From an uncultured Gammaproteobacteria bacterium (GTDB lineage: Bacteria; Pseudomonadota; Gammaproteobacteria; DRLM01), in the NCBI GenBank assembly GCA_963729605.1, contig CAVSNY010000007.1, forward strand, positions 1,184,001 to 1,248,000: DNA of 64,000 bases, given 5' to 3'. Of the stretch, positions 1 to 12,785 are shown in pieces. The translations under genes were made by a program, and so were the position numbers. Numbering within the stretch: the stretch's first letter is position 1; each line of letters starts with the position of its first letter. The notes below the pieces were generated by a model. It made no database searches. It saw only the letters and a list, made by a program, of their open reading frames with translations, and was not told where the DNA came from.

Positions 1-173
1 TTTGCCCCTCAGACACCGGATTCTCCTATAGTTTTAACCCACTCCATGGCTATTGTTAATCCTCTCCTGATTGTTCTTCAAAACTATCGGCTATATAGGA
101 TGAAACATGAGTGTTGACCGCGCCGCTATCCTTTGCTTGTATAGGAGGCCCCCGGCAGGTGTGGAGACCTATC

Positions 174-704
174 ATGCAAGAAGTTAAAGTCAGACAAGAA
201 AAACAAGGCGATGCGGAAGCGATCGCCGTGGTCAACCGCAGTGCTTTCGGCGGCGATGAAGAGGCCCAGCTGGTGGCGGCCCTGAGGGGATCGAATAGTT
301 TCATCCCGGAGCTTTCCCTGGTCGCGGTGGTGGGAGAGCGGATCGCCGGACATATTTTATTATTCCGCGCTCAATTGGAACGGCCGACGGGCCAAGTCGT
401 CGATGTCTTGGCCTTGGCGCCGATGGCCGTGGTGCCGTCGCAATCCCACCGCGGGATAGGTTCCACCTTGATTCACGAGGCCGCCGCGGCGGCCCGCCAT
501 TTGGGTTATCCGGCGATCGTGGTGATCGGGCATCCGGATTATTACGGCCGTTTCGATTTCAGCGAGGCCGCCGCGTGGGGGATAGGTTGTTCCTTGCCGG
601 TGCCGGCGAAATCCATTACGGCCCGCGAATTGGTGCCGGGGTCCTTGGCGGGCGGCGGGCAGCTGCGTTATCCGGCCGAGTTTAGCCGGCTGTTTAAGCC
701 TTGA
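174..704 (+). CDS. GNAT family N-acetyltransferase (YhbS-like)
   Basis: LAPMAVVP..HRGIGSTLI acetyl-CoA motif and VIGHPDYYGRFDF. ATG at 174 follows a GGAG RBS. Confidence 0.85.
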   Translation: MQEVKVRQEKQGDAEAIAVVNRSAFGGDEEAQLVAALRGSNSFIPELSLVAVVGERIAGHILLFRAQLERPTGQVVDVLALAPMAVVPSQSHRGIGSTLIHEAAAAARHLGYPAIVVIGHPDYYGRFDFSEAAAWGIGCSLPVPAKSITARELVPGSLAGGGQLRYPAEFSRLFKP

Positions 705-707
705 GAT

Positions 708-2351
708 TTACAGGCCCGACCAGACCGAATCGAAATTTTTTCTGCGTGGCGGCTCGCTGGCCTCGGTGACGGGTTCTTCCAGTGATTCCGTAAGCGGGGC
801 GAATTGAAAGCGGGTATAGGCCTGCGTGCCCTCCACGGCGCGCACCAGCCGATAACGGCGTTCACCTTGCTCGGTATTGACCGAGACGATATCGCCGGGC
901 CGGTAGAGGAAGGCGGGGGTGAGCAGGGTTTCGCCGACTTCGTCCCGCGGCAGGGCCGGCAACAGCAGCGCTTTGAGGTAGTCGCGATCCACCTCGCGGG
1001 CGTCGGACAGGCGTACGGTTACCGGGGTCGCGGAAGGCACCAGCATTTGTACACCGAAATCCACGTTGCCGTCGCCATGGCACTTGAGCCAGCGAATCAC
1101 GGCGATACCCACCGTTTCAACACCGCCGTCGCTGTGGTAGACCGCGATCAATTCCCCCACCCGCGCCAGCGCGGCGTTGCCGGCATCCCAGCGTAAACAG
1201 GTTCCGTTAGCGCTTTCGTTGATGATCTGACAAGTGACCTTGGGGTTATTCCGCGCGGCTTGGAACGGACGGACATTGTTGATCAGGTGCGGATACACCG
1301 CTTCATGGCTGGCGCTGAGACCGAAGGTGATCGCCCTGGTGGTGGCCTGCTCGGAACGGGAGAAACCGCGTTTGGAGGTGTAGCCCCAGGATAACAACAA
1401 GCGTTTCAATAATTCGCGTGACAGGGCGATCTCTTTGAGATCGTGGTTGTTGCGGGCGCTGGCCAAAGAAATATCCTGGTTGGCCTGCGCCAGGAGCCCG
1501 CGCAAGCCGTGGCTGAGGGCGGTGGTGTCGAGTAAGCGGGTCGATGCATGCGCTTGCACCGAATTGTAGAGGAGATAGGTCGGCGGGGTGTCGCTGCTCA
1601 GGTCCACCACGAACATCCCCGGCGGCTCGTTGAAATCCGTGACGGAATACAGCTGGCACTGACCGGCCCACTTTTCCAGCAGGGTGTAGACGGTGCTCAT
1701 CTCATGCTGGGTGAGGCGATGCGGATCGGCCAGCGCCAGCAACAGGATTTGTTTGAACATGTCGCTGACCGAGGTGTGGTTGTCGCCTTGCTTGAAGGCA
1801 TCTTTCACCACGCCGAGATGCAATGACTTGCGTTCAGCCTCAAGGTAGAGAGTGTAAATTTCCTGCCAGCGTTGTCCGCCCACCTCTTCGTACAATTCAT
1901 ATGAAGTCAGCAAGGCCTGGCCGTGATAATACAGGGCGCGATGCAGCGCGCTGATCAAAGTGTCCAAGTCCTGCCGCAAGCCGTTTTGCGCGAGGATTTG
2001 CGTGGCGACGCGTTGATAGCCCTCGGCGATTTCGAGCTGAATTTCCCGCAGCAATTGCGCGATACGATGGGCCTTTTCCGGCAGGGGAAAAGCCACTCCG
2101 GTGTAGCGGCGGCGCAAGGCATCCCGCAGATAGTGTACCGGCGCGCGGAGCGGCTCCAGCGCTTTGAAGCGTTGAGTCGCCGAGGCGTCGGTGCTATTCA
2201 TTTGAGTGAGGGAGGCGAAGATCAATCGACATGTCTCGCCAAGATTGGCGAGGGGCAGGGCCGCTACCCACTCTTCAGCGGAATCGCTGCGGATATCCAG
2301 CGCGCGGTGTGCGCTGGAGTCGAAAGTTACGCCACTGGTCGTCGTTTGCAT
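708..2351 (-). CDS. FimW-like c-di-GMP receptor / type IV pilus regulator with degenerate PilZ-like C-terminus
   Basis: WVAALPLANLGET, FKQILLLALADPHRL and NESANG motifs recalled from the FimW family. Start codon uncertain. Confidence 0.65.
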   Translation of the reverse strand: MQTTTSGVTFDSSAHRALDIRSDSAEEWVAALPLANLGETCRLIFASLTQMNSTDASATQRFKALEPLRAPVHYLRDALRRRYTGVAFPLPEKAHRIAQLLREIQLEIAEGYQRVATQILAQNGLRQDLDTLISALHRALYYHGQALLTSYELYEEVGGQRWQEIYTLYLEAERKSLHLGVVKDAFKQGDNHTSVSDMFKQILLLALADPHRLTQHEMSTVYTLLEKWAGQCQLYSVTDFNEPPGMFVVDLSSDTPPTYLLYNSVQAHASTRLLDTTALSHGLRGLLAQANQDISLASARNNHDLKEIALSRELLKRLLLSWGYTSKRGFSRSEQATTRAITFGLSASHEAVYPHLINNVRPFQAARNNPKVTCQIINESANGTCLRWDAGNAALARVGELIAVYHSDGGVETVGIAVIRWLKCHGDGNVDFGVQMLVPSATPVTVRLSDAREVDRDYLKALLLPALPRDEVGETLLTPAFLYRPGDIVSVNTEQGERRYRLVRAVEGTQAYTRFQFAPLTESLEEPVTEASEPPRRKNFDSVWSGL

Positions 2352-2471
2352 CGCGGGTACCCCTTGACTGCGCGGCTGGTCTTGCCGTGTACCTCGGCGC
2401 ACTTCTTAGCCGGATAGAGCGTATGCGCCACAGTTATATTATTTATTGTATTGGTTCAGAGGGGGGCCATT

Positions 2472-3479
2472 TTACACGATTGCCCGTTTGCTGGCTTCAC
2501 CTTCGATTTCCCGCACCAGGCGCGGGACCAGATAACCGGGCAGCCGATCGCGCAGGAGGGTCAACAGTCGCCGTGCTTCCACCTCGGGTACGTCGAAATG
2601 GGCGGCGCCTTGCACCTTGTCCAGGAGGTGGAGGTAATAGGGTAAAACACCAGCCTCGTATAGCGTTTCGCTGAGGTCGGTCAGGGTTTCCGCGCTATCG
2701 TTGACGCCGCGCAGCAATACCGATTGGTTGAGGAGCGTGACATCGCAGTTTTTTAGGTCGCGCAAGGCCTTAGCGGTTTCCGCGTCGATCTCGCGGGCAT
2801 GGTTGGCATGCACTACCAGCACTTTTTGCAGGGGGGAGTCGGTCAACCAGCCGGTCAATTCCTGATTGACCCGGCTGGGCAGCACGATGGGCAAACGGGT
2901 ATGGATGCGCAACCGCCGCACGTGGGGAATAGCGGCCAGTTGTTCGGCCAAGGCCGCGAGCCGGGCGTCACTGAGTGACAGCGGATCCCCCCCGCTCAAG
3001 ATGATTTCCTTGAGGCTGGGGTCGCCGGCGATATGGTCGAGGGCCGTTTGCCACTGCCCGGCGGCGGGGTTGGCCCCGCCGTAGGGAAAATGCCGGCGGA
3101 AACAATAGCGGCAATGCACGGCGCAGGCGCCGGTGGTGATGAGCAGGGCGCGGCCGCGGTATTTGTGCAGCAGGCCGGGCTGGGGCATGGCCTGCAAATC
3201 GCCCACCGGATCGGTGATGAAACCGGGCGACGGCGCGTCTTCCGCGGCGAGCGGCAATACCTGGCGCAGCAAGGGATCGTCGGGATCGCCTTTGCGCATG
3301 CGGGCGACGTAACCGCGCGGCACCCGCAGGGGAAAATCGCGGCCGGCGCGCAGCGCGGGCGCGAGCAGGTCGGGGGACAAGTCGAGCATCTGCAAGAGTT
3401 CGGCGGGATCGCGCACCGCCTCCGCCAAGTCTTGTTGCCAGCGCGGGCGCTGCCAAGTTAAAGGATTTCGCTGTAACAT
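2472..3479 (-). CDS. epmB: EF-P beta-lysylation protein EpmB (KamA-family radical SAM)
   Basis: CAVHCRYC radical SAM motif, LSGGDPL, PYYLHLLD. Divergent from efp. Confidence 0.95.
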   Translation of the reverse strand: MLQRNPLTWQRPRWQQDLAEAVRDPAELLQMLDLSPDLLAPALRAGRDFPLRVPRGYVARMRKGDPDDPLLRQVLPLAAEDAPSPGFITDPVGDLQAMPQPGLLHKYRGRALLITTGACAVHCRYCFRRHFPYGGANPAAGQWQTALDHIAGDPSLKEIILSGGDPLSLSDARLAALAEQLAAIPHVRRLRIHTRLPIVLPSRVNQELTGWLTDSPLQKVLVVHANHAREIDAETAKALRDLKNCDVTLLNQSVLLRGVNDSAETLTDLSETLYEAGVLPYYLHLLDKVQGAAHFDVPEVEARRLLTLLRDRLPGYLVPRLVREIEGEASKRAIV

Positions 3480-3583
3480 AGGCGCCTTTGTACGGATGGG
3501 GTGGCGTTTTTTAGCCGCCCGGCAGACCCGCTGCCGGAACTCGCGGGCCGGTATCGTGGGCAGGCATTATAAACGAGGACAGT

Positions 3584-4153
3584 ATGGCAACGTTCAGTAC
3601 CAGTGAATTTCGCGGCGGTTTAAAAGTGATGCTGGATGGCGATCCCTGCGCCATCATCGAAAACGAATTCGTCAAGCCGGGCAAGGGCCAGGCCTTCAGC
3701 CGGGTGAAGCTGCGTAATCTGAAGACGGGCCGGGTGCTGGAACGCACCTTCAAATCCGGCGAAACCTTGGAAGGCGCCGACGTGGTCGATACCGACATGC
3801 AGTACCTCTACAACGACGGCGAGTTCTTTCATTTCATGGTGCCGGACACCTTCGAACAATTCGCCGCCATGCCGGCCGTGATGGGCGATGCGGCGAAATG
3901 GCTCAAAGGCCAGGAGATGTGCATCGTGACCTTGTACAATGGCCAGCCTTTGGCCGTGGCCGCGCCCAATTTCGTCGAGTTGGCGGTGGCCGAGACCGAC
4001 CCCGGTCTGCGCGGTGATACCTCGGGCGGCGGCGGCAAACCCGCCACCTTGGAAACCGGCGCGGTGGTGCGCGTGCCCTTGTTCATCAACGTGGGCGAGG
4101 TCCTCAAGATAGATACGCGTAACGGTGAATACGTGTCGCGCGCCAAGTCGTGA
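3584..4153 (+). CDS. efp: Elongation factor P
   Basis: KPGKGQAF loop, [15 protein letters not shown]. Confidence 0.99.
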   Translation: MATFSTSEFRGGLKVMLDGDPCAIIENEFVKPGKGQAFSRVKLRNLKTGRVLERTFKSGETLEGADVVDTDMQYLYNDGEFFHFMVPDTFEQFAAMPAVMGDAAKWLKGQEMCIVTLYNGQPLAVAAPNFVELAVAETDPGLRGDTSGGGGKPATLETGAVVRVPLFINVGEVLKIDTRNGEYVSRAKS

Positions 4154-4224
4154 GGACTGCCGGTGGCGGGACGCAAGGCTAGGCTGATCGGCCCGTCCCC
4201 GGTGCGGCACACCCCTCCCCGGCC

Positions 4225-5196
4225 ATGACCGCCTGGCGGCCCAGCGCCGAGATGGCGGCCTTGCGCCAACGGGCGCAATTGCTGGCGGAGCTGCGCGGCT
4301 TTTTCGCCGCGCGGGGTGTGCTGGAAGTGGAGACGCCGGTGTTGTGCGGCGCCGGCGCCACCGATCCGCATCTGCTGAGTTTTTCCACGGAATATCTCGG
4401 GCCGGGCGCGCCGTCGGGCCACACCTTGTATCTGCAAACCTCCCCTGAATTCGCCATGAAGCGGCTGCTCGCCGCGGGCAGCGGACCGATCTATCAAATC
4501 GGCAAATCCTTCCGCAACGGCGAGACGGGCCGCCGCCACAATCCCGAATTCACCATGCTGGAATGGTACCGGCCGGGCTTGGACTATCACGCGCTGATGG
4601 ACGAAGTCGAGGCGCTGATCCGGCAGGTGTTGGCCACGCCGGCGGCGGCGCGGGTGAGTTACGGCGAGTTGTTTTTACGGCATCTGGGCGTGGATCCGCA
4701 CGGCGCCGATTTGGCGGCGTTGCGCGATGCGGCCGCCGCGCGCGGCATCGCGGCGCCCGTTGGACTGGGTAACGACCGCGACGGCTGGCTGGACTTTTTG
4801 TGGTGCCATAGTATCGAGCCCCGGCTGGGCAGTGATGGCCGGCCGCTGTTCGTGGTCGATTATCCGGCTTCGCTGGCCATGCTGGCCCGTTTGCGACCCG
4901 GCCCGCCCGCGGTGGCGGAGCGCTTCGAGCTTTATCTGCACGGCATCGAACTGGCCAACGGATTTCACGAGTTGGCGGACGGTGTTGAGCAACGCCGCCG
5001 TTTCGAACGAGACAACGCCCAGCGCCGTGCCGCGGGTTTGCCGCCCATGCCGTTCGACGAACATTTGCTCGCCGCGTTGGAACAGGGTCTGCCCGATTGC
5101 AGCGGGGTGGCCTTGGGCGTGGATCGCCTGCTGATGCTGCGCGCCGGCATCATGAATATCGGGGGCGTGTTGGCCTTTCCGTTCGATCGTTGTTGA
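4225..5196 (+). CDS. epmA: EF-P lysine aminoacylase EpmA (GenX/PoxA)
   Basis: LQTSPEFAMKRLL, HNPEFTMLEWY, GVALGVDRL. Follows efp. Confidence 0.97.
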   Translation: MTAWRPSAEMAALRQRAQLLAELRGFFAARGVLEVETPVLCGAGATDPHLLSFSTEYLGPGAPSGHTLYLQTSPEFAMKRLLAAGSGPIYQIGKSFRNGETGRRHNPEFTMLEWYRPGLDYHALMDEVEALIRQVLATPAAARVSYGELFLRHLGVDPHGADLAALRDAAAARGIAAPVGLGNDRDGWLDFLWCHSIEPRLGSDGRPLFVVDYPASLAMLARLRPGPPAVAERFELYLHGIELANGFHELADGVEQRRRFERDNAQRRAAGLPPMPFDEHLLAALEQGLPDCSGVALGVDRLLMLRAGIMNIGGVLAFPFDRC

Positions 5197-5484
5197 AACT
5201 CTATCCTATATGGATGTTTTATTACTAAATTATGTCGGTTGTTTTTACGGATGGAACCCGGTAGAACGAGGCGAGCCGCGGAGATGTGATTAACATCTTG
5301 TGTTCGACAAGGATTTTCCTTGCGGCATAGGGCTTGCTACATTATGGATGGGGGTCATGACGCGCATCTATGCGGGCCACAAAAATAATCACGCCCGCGC
5401 GCCGTTGTGAGTGAGCTATTGTTCTCAACGGGGATTATCTATATTGTCATGTCAAGCACATTAGAGACAGAACGGGGAAGTGCT

Positions 5485-5814
5485 ATGGAGCGTCGATGGA
5501 CAACGCGCACGCGGGTCAATTTGCCTGTTGAATTATTACAGGCGGGCACACACACGGAAGGGTGCCGGACTCGTGACGTGGGTTTGGGGGGGGTATATCT
5601 TGAAGTGCCGCCCACTGTGAAACTCTTCGCGGAGTCTCACGTGGAACTTATCTTTAAGATGGGTGAGGGGGGCGAGCTGACCAAACACCGCGTCAAGGCG
5701 CGGGTGGTACGAGTGGGGGATTCGGGTGCGGGCATGATGTTTCGCGACTTCGACGCCTCTACCTTCAGGTCGCTACAAGAAATATTGCGGTTCCGCGAAG
5801 AAGCGGCGTCTTAG
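5485..5814 (+). CDS. Single-domain PilZ protein
   Basis: ERRWTTR (RxxxR) and DVGLGG (D/NxSxxG-like) c-di-GMP motifs. Confidence 0.85.
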   Translation: MERRWTTRTRVNLPVELLQAGTHTEGCRTRDVGLGGVYLEVPPTVKLFAESHVELIFKMGEGGELTKHRVKARVVRVGDSGAGMMFRDFDASTFRSLQEILRFREEAAS

Positions 5815-5839
5815 CCCAAGCTTAGAAGTATCACGGCAT

Positions 5840-5869
5840 GCCGGTTCGTTAGCCGCGAACCGGCTTTTT
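5840..5869 (+). terminator. Rho-independent terminator
   Basis: GCCGGTTCG/CGAACCGGC stem followed by TTTTT, 25 nt after the PilZ gene stop. Confidence 0.8.
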
Positions 5870-6054
5870 GCCGTTGGCCTGCCATAGTGTGTAACAGTCG
5901 GCGCCGCAGAAATAATGTACGTATTCCGCCCCCTCATGGCTCTTGGCCACCGAGCGGGGTATCTGTTTCAAGCAGACTTCGCACTGTAATATGGGGTCTT
6001 CGTGTTTGTCCGGACGTTTGGTCATAGAGTCTCCCGCCGACTAAACCCGCTTAG

Positions 6055-6201
6055 GGAACCTCCGAAAAACCCAGGGGGGATTTTTCAGAGATGAAAAAAA
6101 CGAAAAATGTGATTTTCGTTTTCGCCCTTTTCCTATCGCTTTCATGACGGGGAAAGGGCGGTGCGTCCCCGCACGCACGAACCTCTAAAATCAGAGGTTC
6201 C
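6055..6201. mobile_element. 147-bp MITE with IS5-family-like ends
   Basis: Terminal inverted repeats GGAACCTCCGA / TCAGAGGTTCC (10 of 11 match), flanked by a TTAG direct repeat at 6051-6054 and 6202-6205. No ORF. Confidence 0.75.
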
Positions 6202-6242
6202 TTAGATTTAGCATAGCAGCTTAATCACCACTGGGCGGCGCG

Positions 6243-7160
6243 CTACGGGTCTGCGATGAGGGAGGCGAAATGTTGTCCCATCTGCACCGGCGCGCCGGGC
6301 TGGATGGTGGATGCCAGTTCGGCGCAGCCCGCGGGAAACAGCAAAATGACCGTTGAACCCATATTGAAGCGGCCGATCTCCTCACCCCGCGCAAAGCGGA
6401 GCGGCGCGGCCCGTTTGCTGTAGTCCCAGCGGCGCGGGCCGCCGCGGTGATCGACGCTCACCAATCCCGACCACACCGTTTCCATACCCGCGACGAACAT
6501 CGCCCCCACCATGATGAGCGCCATGGGGCCGCAAGCGGTATCGAAGATCATCACCAGCCGTTCGTTGCGCGCGAACAGGCCGGGAATGGTTTCCGTGGTG
6601 CGCGGGCTGACACTGAACAATTGGCCGGGTACGTACATCATCTCCCGCAACTGCCCGGCGAGGGGCATGTGGACGCGGTGATAATCTTTTGGCGACAAAT
6701 ACAGGGTGGCGAAGACGCCGTCCTCGAACGAGGCCGCGTGCTCGATGCCGCCCAGCAAGGTTTGCAAAGTGTAGTCGTGGCCCTTGGCCTGATAGAGGCG
6801 GTCTTTGGCGATGGCGCCGGCCTGGCTCACGGCGCCGTCCACCGGGCAAATGATGGCGTCCGGATCGGCGGGCAAAGGCCGCGCCTCCGGGCGCAGGGCG
6901 CGGGTAAAAAAGGTGTTGAAGTCGGGATAGGCCTCGAGATCGGGCTGTGCCGCGATGCTCATGTCCACCCCATAGCGGCGGATGAACCAGTTGATCTGCC
7001 AGCGTTTGAACCACGGCGCGCGCACCCGGGTGGCCCGGTACATCAGGCGGGTGAGCCGTCCGTGGGGGGCGAGGTACTGATCCAGCGCCGCAAGGCGATT
7101 GTCCCGCTGCCGAGGCGAGGGGCTGCCGCCGGTCGGCGGCGATATGGGTGGTTTATTCAT
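6243..7160 (-). CDS. psd: Phosphatidylserine decarboxylase proenzyme
   Basis: FNTFFTR, YLSPKDYHRVH, NERLV and the GST self-cleavage site (NMGSTVILL). Confidence 0.95.
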   Translation of the reverse strand: MNKPPISPPTGGSPSPRQRDNRLAALDQYLAPHGRLTRLMYRATRVRAPWFKRWQINWFIRRYGVDMSIAAQPDLEAYPDFNTFFTRALRPEARPLPADPDAIICPVDGAVSQAGAIAKDRLYQAKGHDYTLQTLLGGIEHAASFEDGVFATLYLSPKDYHRVHMPLAGQLREMMYVPGQLFSVSPRTTETIPGLFARNERLVMIFDTACGPMALIMVGAMFVAGMETVWSGLVSVDHRGGPRRWDYSKRAAPLRFARGEEIGRFNMGSTVILLFPAGCAELASTIQPGAPVQMGQHFASLIADP

Positions 7161-7446
7161 GCGTCACTGCGTAATAGCTATCGAGGAAGCAGGCGGGTGT
7201 TGGGATCATCGCCGGCGCAAAGCGCGTCATATTAACGCAGAACCGGGGTGGTGGACACCCACTCGTCTCAAGTCTGGCGGTGAGTTGGTAGTATGATTTC
7301 TGGCGGTCAGCCGGTTGACGCAACACATGCCGTCACGCCGGCGAACGCCGGAGTCCGGGAAGCCTCCTGGATATCGGTTTGTGTCGGTATGGCGACCTAT
7401 AAAGTCCATTCAAGGGACTTTTGCATCGGCTGCTTCGGAGGCGGAT

Positions 7447-7938
7447 ATGGAATTGCAAATGCTGGCGGAAAAACTGGGCGAGGTGTTGACGCGGCGTGGC
7501 CTGCAACTCGTCGTGGCGGAGTCCTGCACCGGCGGCTGGGTGGCGCAGGTGATGACCAGTGTCGCGGGTAGCTCGCGGTGGTTCGAGCGCGGCTACGTCA
7601 CCTACAGTAACGCCGCCAAAATGGAGATGCTGGGGGTGCAAGCCTCAACCCTCGGCAAACACGGCGCGGTGAGCGAGGCGACGGTGCGGGAGATGGCCGA
7701 GGGGGCCCTCACTCACAGTCACGCCCAAGTGGCGGTGGCCATCACCGGTATCGCCGGACCCGGCGGTGGCAGTTTGGAGAAACCCGTGGGCAGTGTGTGG
7801 TTGGCCTGGAGTAGACAGGATCGGCCGACCCGGACTCGGCTGGCCCATTTCGTGGGTAATCGCGACGCCGTCCGCCGCCAGGCGGTGGAGACGGCGCTGC
7901 AGGGGGTGATGGATTTATTGAGCGATGATGGAGACTGA
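7447..7938 (+). CDS. pncC: CinA/PncC nicotinamide-nucleotide amidohydrolase
   Basis: AESCTGG, GAVSE, ITGIAGPGGG. GGAGG RBS before ATG 7447. Confidence 0.92.
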   Translation: MELQMLAEKLGEVLTRRGLQLVVAESCTGGWVAQVMTSVAGSSRWFERGYVTYSNAAKMEMLGVQASTLGKHGAVSEATVREMAEGALTHSHAQVAVAITGIAGPGGGSLEKPVGSVWLAWSRQDRPTRTRLAHFVGNRDAVRRQAVETALQGVMDLLSDDGD

Positions 7939-8494
7939 GCACCGCCGTTTCTTTTTCGCCCTCTGGCCGGATGAGGCGCAGCGGGCCGTTTTGACGGCCT
8001 TGACGGAGCCGCTGCCGGCGGGACTGGGCCGGCGCGTCGCGCCCGCCAACCTACACATCACCCTGGTGTTTCTCGGCGCCGTGACCAGCGCGGTGCGGGG
8101 GGATTTGGAGGCCGCGGCGGCGCGGATCGCCGCGCCGTCTTTTGTGTTGACGCTGGACCACTACGGTTATTGGCGCAAGCCGCAGGTGCTGTGGGCGGGC
8201 GGCCGAGTCGCGCCGCCGGAATTGCTCGGGCTGATCGAACAATTGCAGCGGGTCGCCTCGGCCTGCGGCTTGAGCGTGGACGGTCGTTCCTATCGGCCTC
8301 ACCTCACCCTGTGCCGCAAGGTGCGGCATCCTCCCCGGCGCCTGCCCGAGTTCGCCCCCGTCACGTGGCCGGTGGCGGGTTTCAGTTTGGTGGAATCGCA
8401 CTCCACGTCCGACGGCGTTCGCTATGAACCGCGACGCGCGTGGCCGCTGCGGGCGGCGGCGGACAGTACATCGGGAGCGCGTTCTGTGGAATAA
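7925..8494 (+). CDS. thpR: RNA 2',3'-cyclic phosphodiesterase (2H family)
   Basis: Two HxT motifs (HITL, HLTL). Lies between cinA and recA. Confidence 0.92.
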   Translation: MMETEHRRFFFALWPDEAQRAVLTALTEPLPAGLGRRVAPANLHITLVFLGAVTSAVRGDLEAAAARIAAPSFVLTLDHYGYWRKPQVLWAGGRVAPPELLGLIEQLQRVASACGLSVDGRSYRPHLTLCRKVRHPPRRLPEFAPVTWPVAGFSLVESHSTSDGVRYEPRRAWPLRAAADSTSGARSVE

Positions 8495-8555
8495 TTGCCC
8501 CCTTATGACGCCCGGGCGGCTGAGTTGAAATCAATCACAGAATAGGGGATAGGCG

Positions 8556-9599
8556 ATGGATGCGAACAAATCAAAGGCGTTGAGCGCGGCGCTCAGCCAG
8601 ATCGAGCGTCAATTCGGCAAGGGATCGGTGATGCGCATGGGCGACGCCGGCGCGGTGAAAGACGTCGAGGCCATTTCCACCGGTTCGCTGTCATTGGACA
8701 TTGCCTTGGGGATAGGCGGCCTGCCGCGCGGCCGGGTGGTCGAGATTTACGGACCGGAATCCTCCGGTAAAACCACGCTGACCTTGCAGGTGATCGCCGA
8801 GGTGCAAAAACTGGGCGGCACCGCCGCCTTCGTCGACGCCGAACACGCCCTCGATCCCAACTACGCGCGCAAGCTCGGCGTCAACGTCGATGACTTATTG
8901 GTCTCCCAGCCCGACACCGGCGAGCAGGCCCTGGAGATCACCGACATGCTGGTGCGTTCCGGCGCGGTGGATGTGGTGGTGGTCGACTCGGTGGCGGCGC
9001 TGACCCCGAAAGCGGAGATCGACGGCGAGATGGGCGATTCCCATGTCGGCTTGCAGGCGCGGCTGATGTCGCAGGCGCTGCGCAAACTCACCGCCAATAT
9101 CAAACGCTCCAATACTCTGGTGATCTTCATCAACCAGATCCGCATGAAGATCGGCGTGATGTTCGGTAGCCCGGAGACCACCACCGGCGGCAACGCGCTG
9201 AAGTTTTACGCCTCGGTACGGCTCGATATCCGCCGCATCGGCGCCATCAAAAAGGGCGACGAGGTGGTCGGCAACGAGACTCGCGTCAAAGTGGTGAAGA
9301 ACAAAGTCGCGCCGCCTTTCAAACAGGCGGAATTCGAAATCCTCTACGGCGAGGGCATCTCGCGCGAAGGCGAGATCATCGATCTGGGTTCGCAGGCCGG
9401 CATCATCGACAAGTCCGGCGCCTGGTATTCCTACAACGGCACGCGCATCGGCCAAGGTAAGGATAATGTCCGCGCCTATCTGAAGGAACATCCGGCGGTG
9501 GCCCGCGAGATCGAAGCGCAGATCCGCGCCAAATCCTTAGCGGTGATCACCACCACCGAGGACAGGACCGAGGAGGCCGCCGAGGTTGAGCTTGGCTGA
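8556..9599 (+). CDS. recA: Recombinase RecA
   Basis: GPESSGKTT Walker A and ALKFYASVR signature. Confidence 0.99.
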   Translation: MDANKSKALSAALSQIERQFGKGSVMRMGDAGAVKDVEAISTGSLSLDIALGIGGLPRGRVVEIYGPESSGKTTLTLQVIAEVQKLGGTAAFVDAEHALDPNYARKLGVNVDDLLVSQPDTGEQALEITDMLVRSGAVDVVVVDSVAALTPKAEIDGEMGDSHVGLQARLMSQALRKLTANIKRSNTLVIFINQIRMKIGVMFGSPETTTGGNALKFYASVRLDIRRIGAIKKGDEVVGNETRVKVVKNKVAPPFKQAEFEILYGEGISREGEIIDLGSQAGIIDKSGAWYSYNGTRIGQGKDNVRAYLKEHPAVAREIEAQIRAKSLAVITTTEDRTEEAAEVELG

Positions 9600-10059
9600 A
9601 GCCGGTACGGACGCCGATGCGAAAGTGGTGCGGACGGCGGCGCTGAATTTACTGGCCCGCCGCGAGCACAGCCGCCGGGAATTGGCGCACAAGCTCGAAG
9701 TGAAGGGCCATGCCGCGGTTTTGGTGGATAAGGTGTTGTCTTCCCTCGAAGAGGCCGGTTACCTTAGCGATACGCGTTTCGCCGAGGCTTATGTGCGCGT
9801 GCGCAGTGAGCGCGGTTACGGACCCCTGCGTATCCGCGCCGAGTTGCGCGAGCGCGGCGTGGCTGACGCGACCATCGCCGCCAGTCTCGCGCCCTACCAG
9901 GAGGCATGGCTGACGGCGTTGGCGCGTGTCCAGGCCAAACGGTTTGGACGGGCCGGCGATTTCACCGAGCGGGCGCGGCAGACGCGCTTTTTTCAGGCGC
10001 GCGGCTACACCCTGGAACAGATCAATGCGGTACTGGCCGGCGGCAAGGCACGGGCGTGA
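9586..10059 (+). CDS. recX: Regulatory protein RecX
   Basis: [22 protein letters not shown]. Overlaps the recA end. Confidence 0.93.
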   Translation: MSLAEAGTDADAKVVRTAALNLLARREHSRRELAHKLEVKGHAAVLVDKVLSSLEEAGYLSDTRFAEAYVRVRSERGYGPLRIRAELRERGVADATIAASLAPYQEAWLTALARVQAKRFGRAGDFTERARQTRFFQARGYTLEQINAVLAGGKARA

Positions 10060-12728
<2,669 letters not shown>

Positions 12729-12785
12729 ACGATTTGTCAGGTATTGTTTTTTAAATTAACGGGCGGCGGGTAACCGAAATTCAAG

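Noticed and set aside
8480-8555. LexA (SOS) box upstream of recA
   Set aside because: CTGT and ACAG half-sites are present but not at the CTGT-N8-ACAG spacing.
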